Shown here: positions 61,971 to 64,000 of the stretch, one piece after another
Numbering within the stretch: the stretch's first letter is position 1
Layout of the letters: the number at the start of each line of letters is the position of its first letter
Assembly (NCBI GenBank): GCA_038087875.1
Contig: CM075981.1
Span: 13,268,001-13,332,000 of the forward strand
DNA from: Malacoraja senta
Taxonomy: Eukaryota
Reading direction: 5' to 3'
DNA: 64,000 nucleotides
Position numbers and translations under genes: made by a program
The notes under the pieces: generated by a model
The model's database searches: none
Seen by the model: the letters and a program-made list of their open reading frames with translations, nothing else
What the model was told of the DNA's origin: nothing

Positions 61971-62448
61971 TGCCTTCCAATTTCTCAGTTCAATCACCAC
62001 TCATTGGTTCCTTATATCTTTTTGCCCCAGACCTCATATCCTCTGGTCCTTGTCCCATCGCCAAATGTGAACAGTTTTTCTTCGTCCACCTGACCTAACC
62101 TGTCATAATCTTGTATAGTTCTACCAATTCACTCTTCAAACTTCTTTTTTCCAAGGGGAACAATCCAAACTTCTCCTTTCTAACCTTGTACCTCAATGTC
62201 TCATCAGTCTCTACCAAATTTATGTTGCGAAAATGAAAAAAAACCTTTGGGACATAACAACTGGGAAAGAGAGGTAAAAGAAGGTAATTTTAAACAGCTG
62301 GGATGGTAGAGGGTTGGCTGGAAAGGACAAAGAGGACATCCATGATTGGATGGTCATGTTGTTGGTTAAATATTTGTGTTGCAATTTATTGGAACAGAAT
62401 AGCGTCAGGCTTGAATTAGTTCATGATTACAATTTATAAATATAATGT

Positions 62449-62959
62449 AGTGGCGGCGCCTAACGGCGGCGGCTCGACTGCAGTCCGTCTGTCTTTTTTT
62501 AATTTTTGTTTAGTTAAATGTAGTTGTTTGTGTTTTTTAATATTGTTTTTAACTGTGTATATGTGTGGGAGGGGGAAACTTTAAAAAATCTCTTCCCTGT
62601 ATGGAGGACCCGACCTTTCTCTGTCGGGTCTCCGTTGTCGTTGGGGCCTAGCACCGTGGAACGGCCTCCAACCTGAACGACCTGGGGCTCCAGTCGCGGA
62701 GCCTGCGGACTACTCACCATCGTGGAGCTGGCCGAGTTCGGAGCTTGGAGAGCTGTGGTGGCGTGCGGCTGCGACCCGACCCCAGAGATTCGCAGGTCTG
62801 GTGGACGGTAACATCGGGAGCTCGCGGGTCCCTGGTGGGTGACCGCTTTTCGGAGTTCCCGCAACGGCAGCTACTCCCGCCCGAGTTGCGGGGTTGAAGA
62901 TGACGTGGAGCTGGGTCTAACATCGCCCGGCGCGGCTTTAATGGCCGCGGGACTTGCTA
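62449..62959 (+). mobile_element. GC-rich non-autonomous retroelement (copy E), 3' end missing
   Basis: AGTGGCGGCGCC..CTGCAGTCCGTCTGT, T-rich tract, TGTGTGGGAGGGGGAAAC, GC-rich body as in copy A. Confidence 0.7.
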
Positions 62960-64000
62960 ATGGTTAAAGTGGTTAAAGATTAAAAACTATTGGTGTTCAA
63001 AAAGATCTGAGTATCTTTGTTCACAAGTTCGCAACTGATTGAAATTCCACAGCTGCCATGGTGGGATTTAAATCCATGCCTCTGGTTATCAATCCTGGCC
63101 TCTGGATTACTAACCCAATAATATCTGGCTAGATCCCAAACACTGATGTATGGAGTCCTTTAAATGTGGTGTGCTTGGACTGGAGCAGGATTCTGAATGC
63201 TGATGACTGGGTCATATATCAAAAAGTTGTACATTCTTCTGTTGGGTTGGGCTCAGACTGATTGTAACTGGATGTTGTTTTAACTTCATACCCGAGTACA
63301 TCTCTAGTTCAGTTGGGTTTTCCATAATATTTTGTTTTAGCTGTTAATTAGTGTGAATCTTACTTCATAAGAAGTAACAATAATTAAGAAAGGGGTGCTG
63401 GTTGCAGAGTGGTTTAAGCAATCTATTTATCTAAGAAGTATGATTCAGACTGATTAATAGAGCAGCTAATGGACACAGAATTATAGTACACAGAACATCT
63501 GACCGTGTGCACACCATCATGCCATTTTTCTTAAGAAAATGGGGTCATGATGTGCAAAGCTTTGGAGATCAGCTGATACATAAGTACACAATTCTAATGT
63601 TCACATATTCTGCTTAACCACAGACAGGTTGTCTTCTGAGGCTTATTATTCACTTTCCTTAATTGCTAATGTGAGAGCAGCTCAGGCATTTTAATAAAGT
63701 ATTGTAACATACTCTGAGATATAATCATAGATGAAATCTAGAGAATAATCTTTAAGGTGAAAGAATGAGTGGTTTATTCCACCACATCATCCAAAGAGCA
63801 GCAGAGACTGAACCCAGCCCTGCTGTATTAAGATGATATATAATTAAATATCAGGAATGAAGACAGCTATTTTGCTGCAAATTATTATGTGCCTATAAAG
63901 CTGGGAAAAGATGAGGCACAAAGTGTAATTGGGCAAGTTAACTAACTTCTGCATGAGTTGAAAACAATTTGACAGTATAAGCCATCAGTCACAAACATCA

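Overview
Repeat-dense vertebrate genomic DNA, very probably a cartilaginous fish (skate/ray): it carries HE1-type V-SINEs, CR1, Penelope/Poseidon, L1, L2 and Rex1 elements. There is one host gene, the 5' half of a minus-strand patatin-domain lipase/transacylase most similar to PNPLA1. Its coding exons are 13582/12904-12739, 4971-4739 and 2935-2870; the DGG exon lies beyond the left edge. It has a ZNF143-type CpG promoter and an unexpected 226-codon N-terminal extension with 10-aa repeats. The rest (about 14-64 kb) is intergenic and made of nested transposons. Main highlights: (1) a full-length L1 with a twin-priming-type 5' inversion and a 16-bp TSD; (2) a five-copy family of GC-rich non-coding retroelements that share a head and a structured hairpin but carry interchangeable L2- or Rex1-type 3' tails; (3) many Penelope termini with minimal hammerhead-ribozyme cores, including fold-back and back-to-back insertions; (4) a Helitron nested in a TIR element just upstream of the promoter; (5) four Harbinger-like MITEs with TTA TSDs; (6) an internally deleted CsRn1-like Gypsy element; (7) a perfect 36-bp hairpin. 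Family names come from motif recognition only; no database searches were run.
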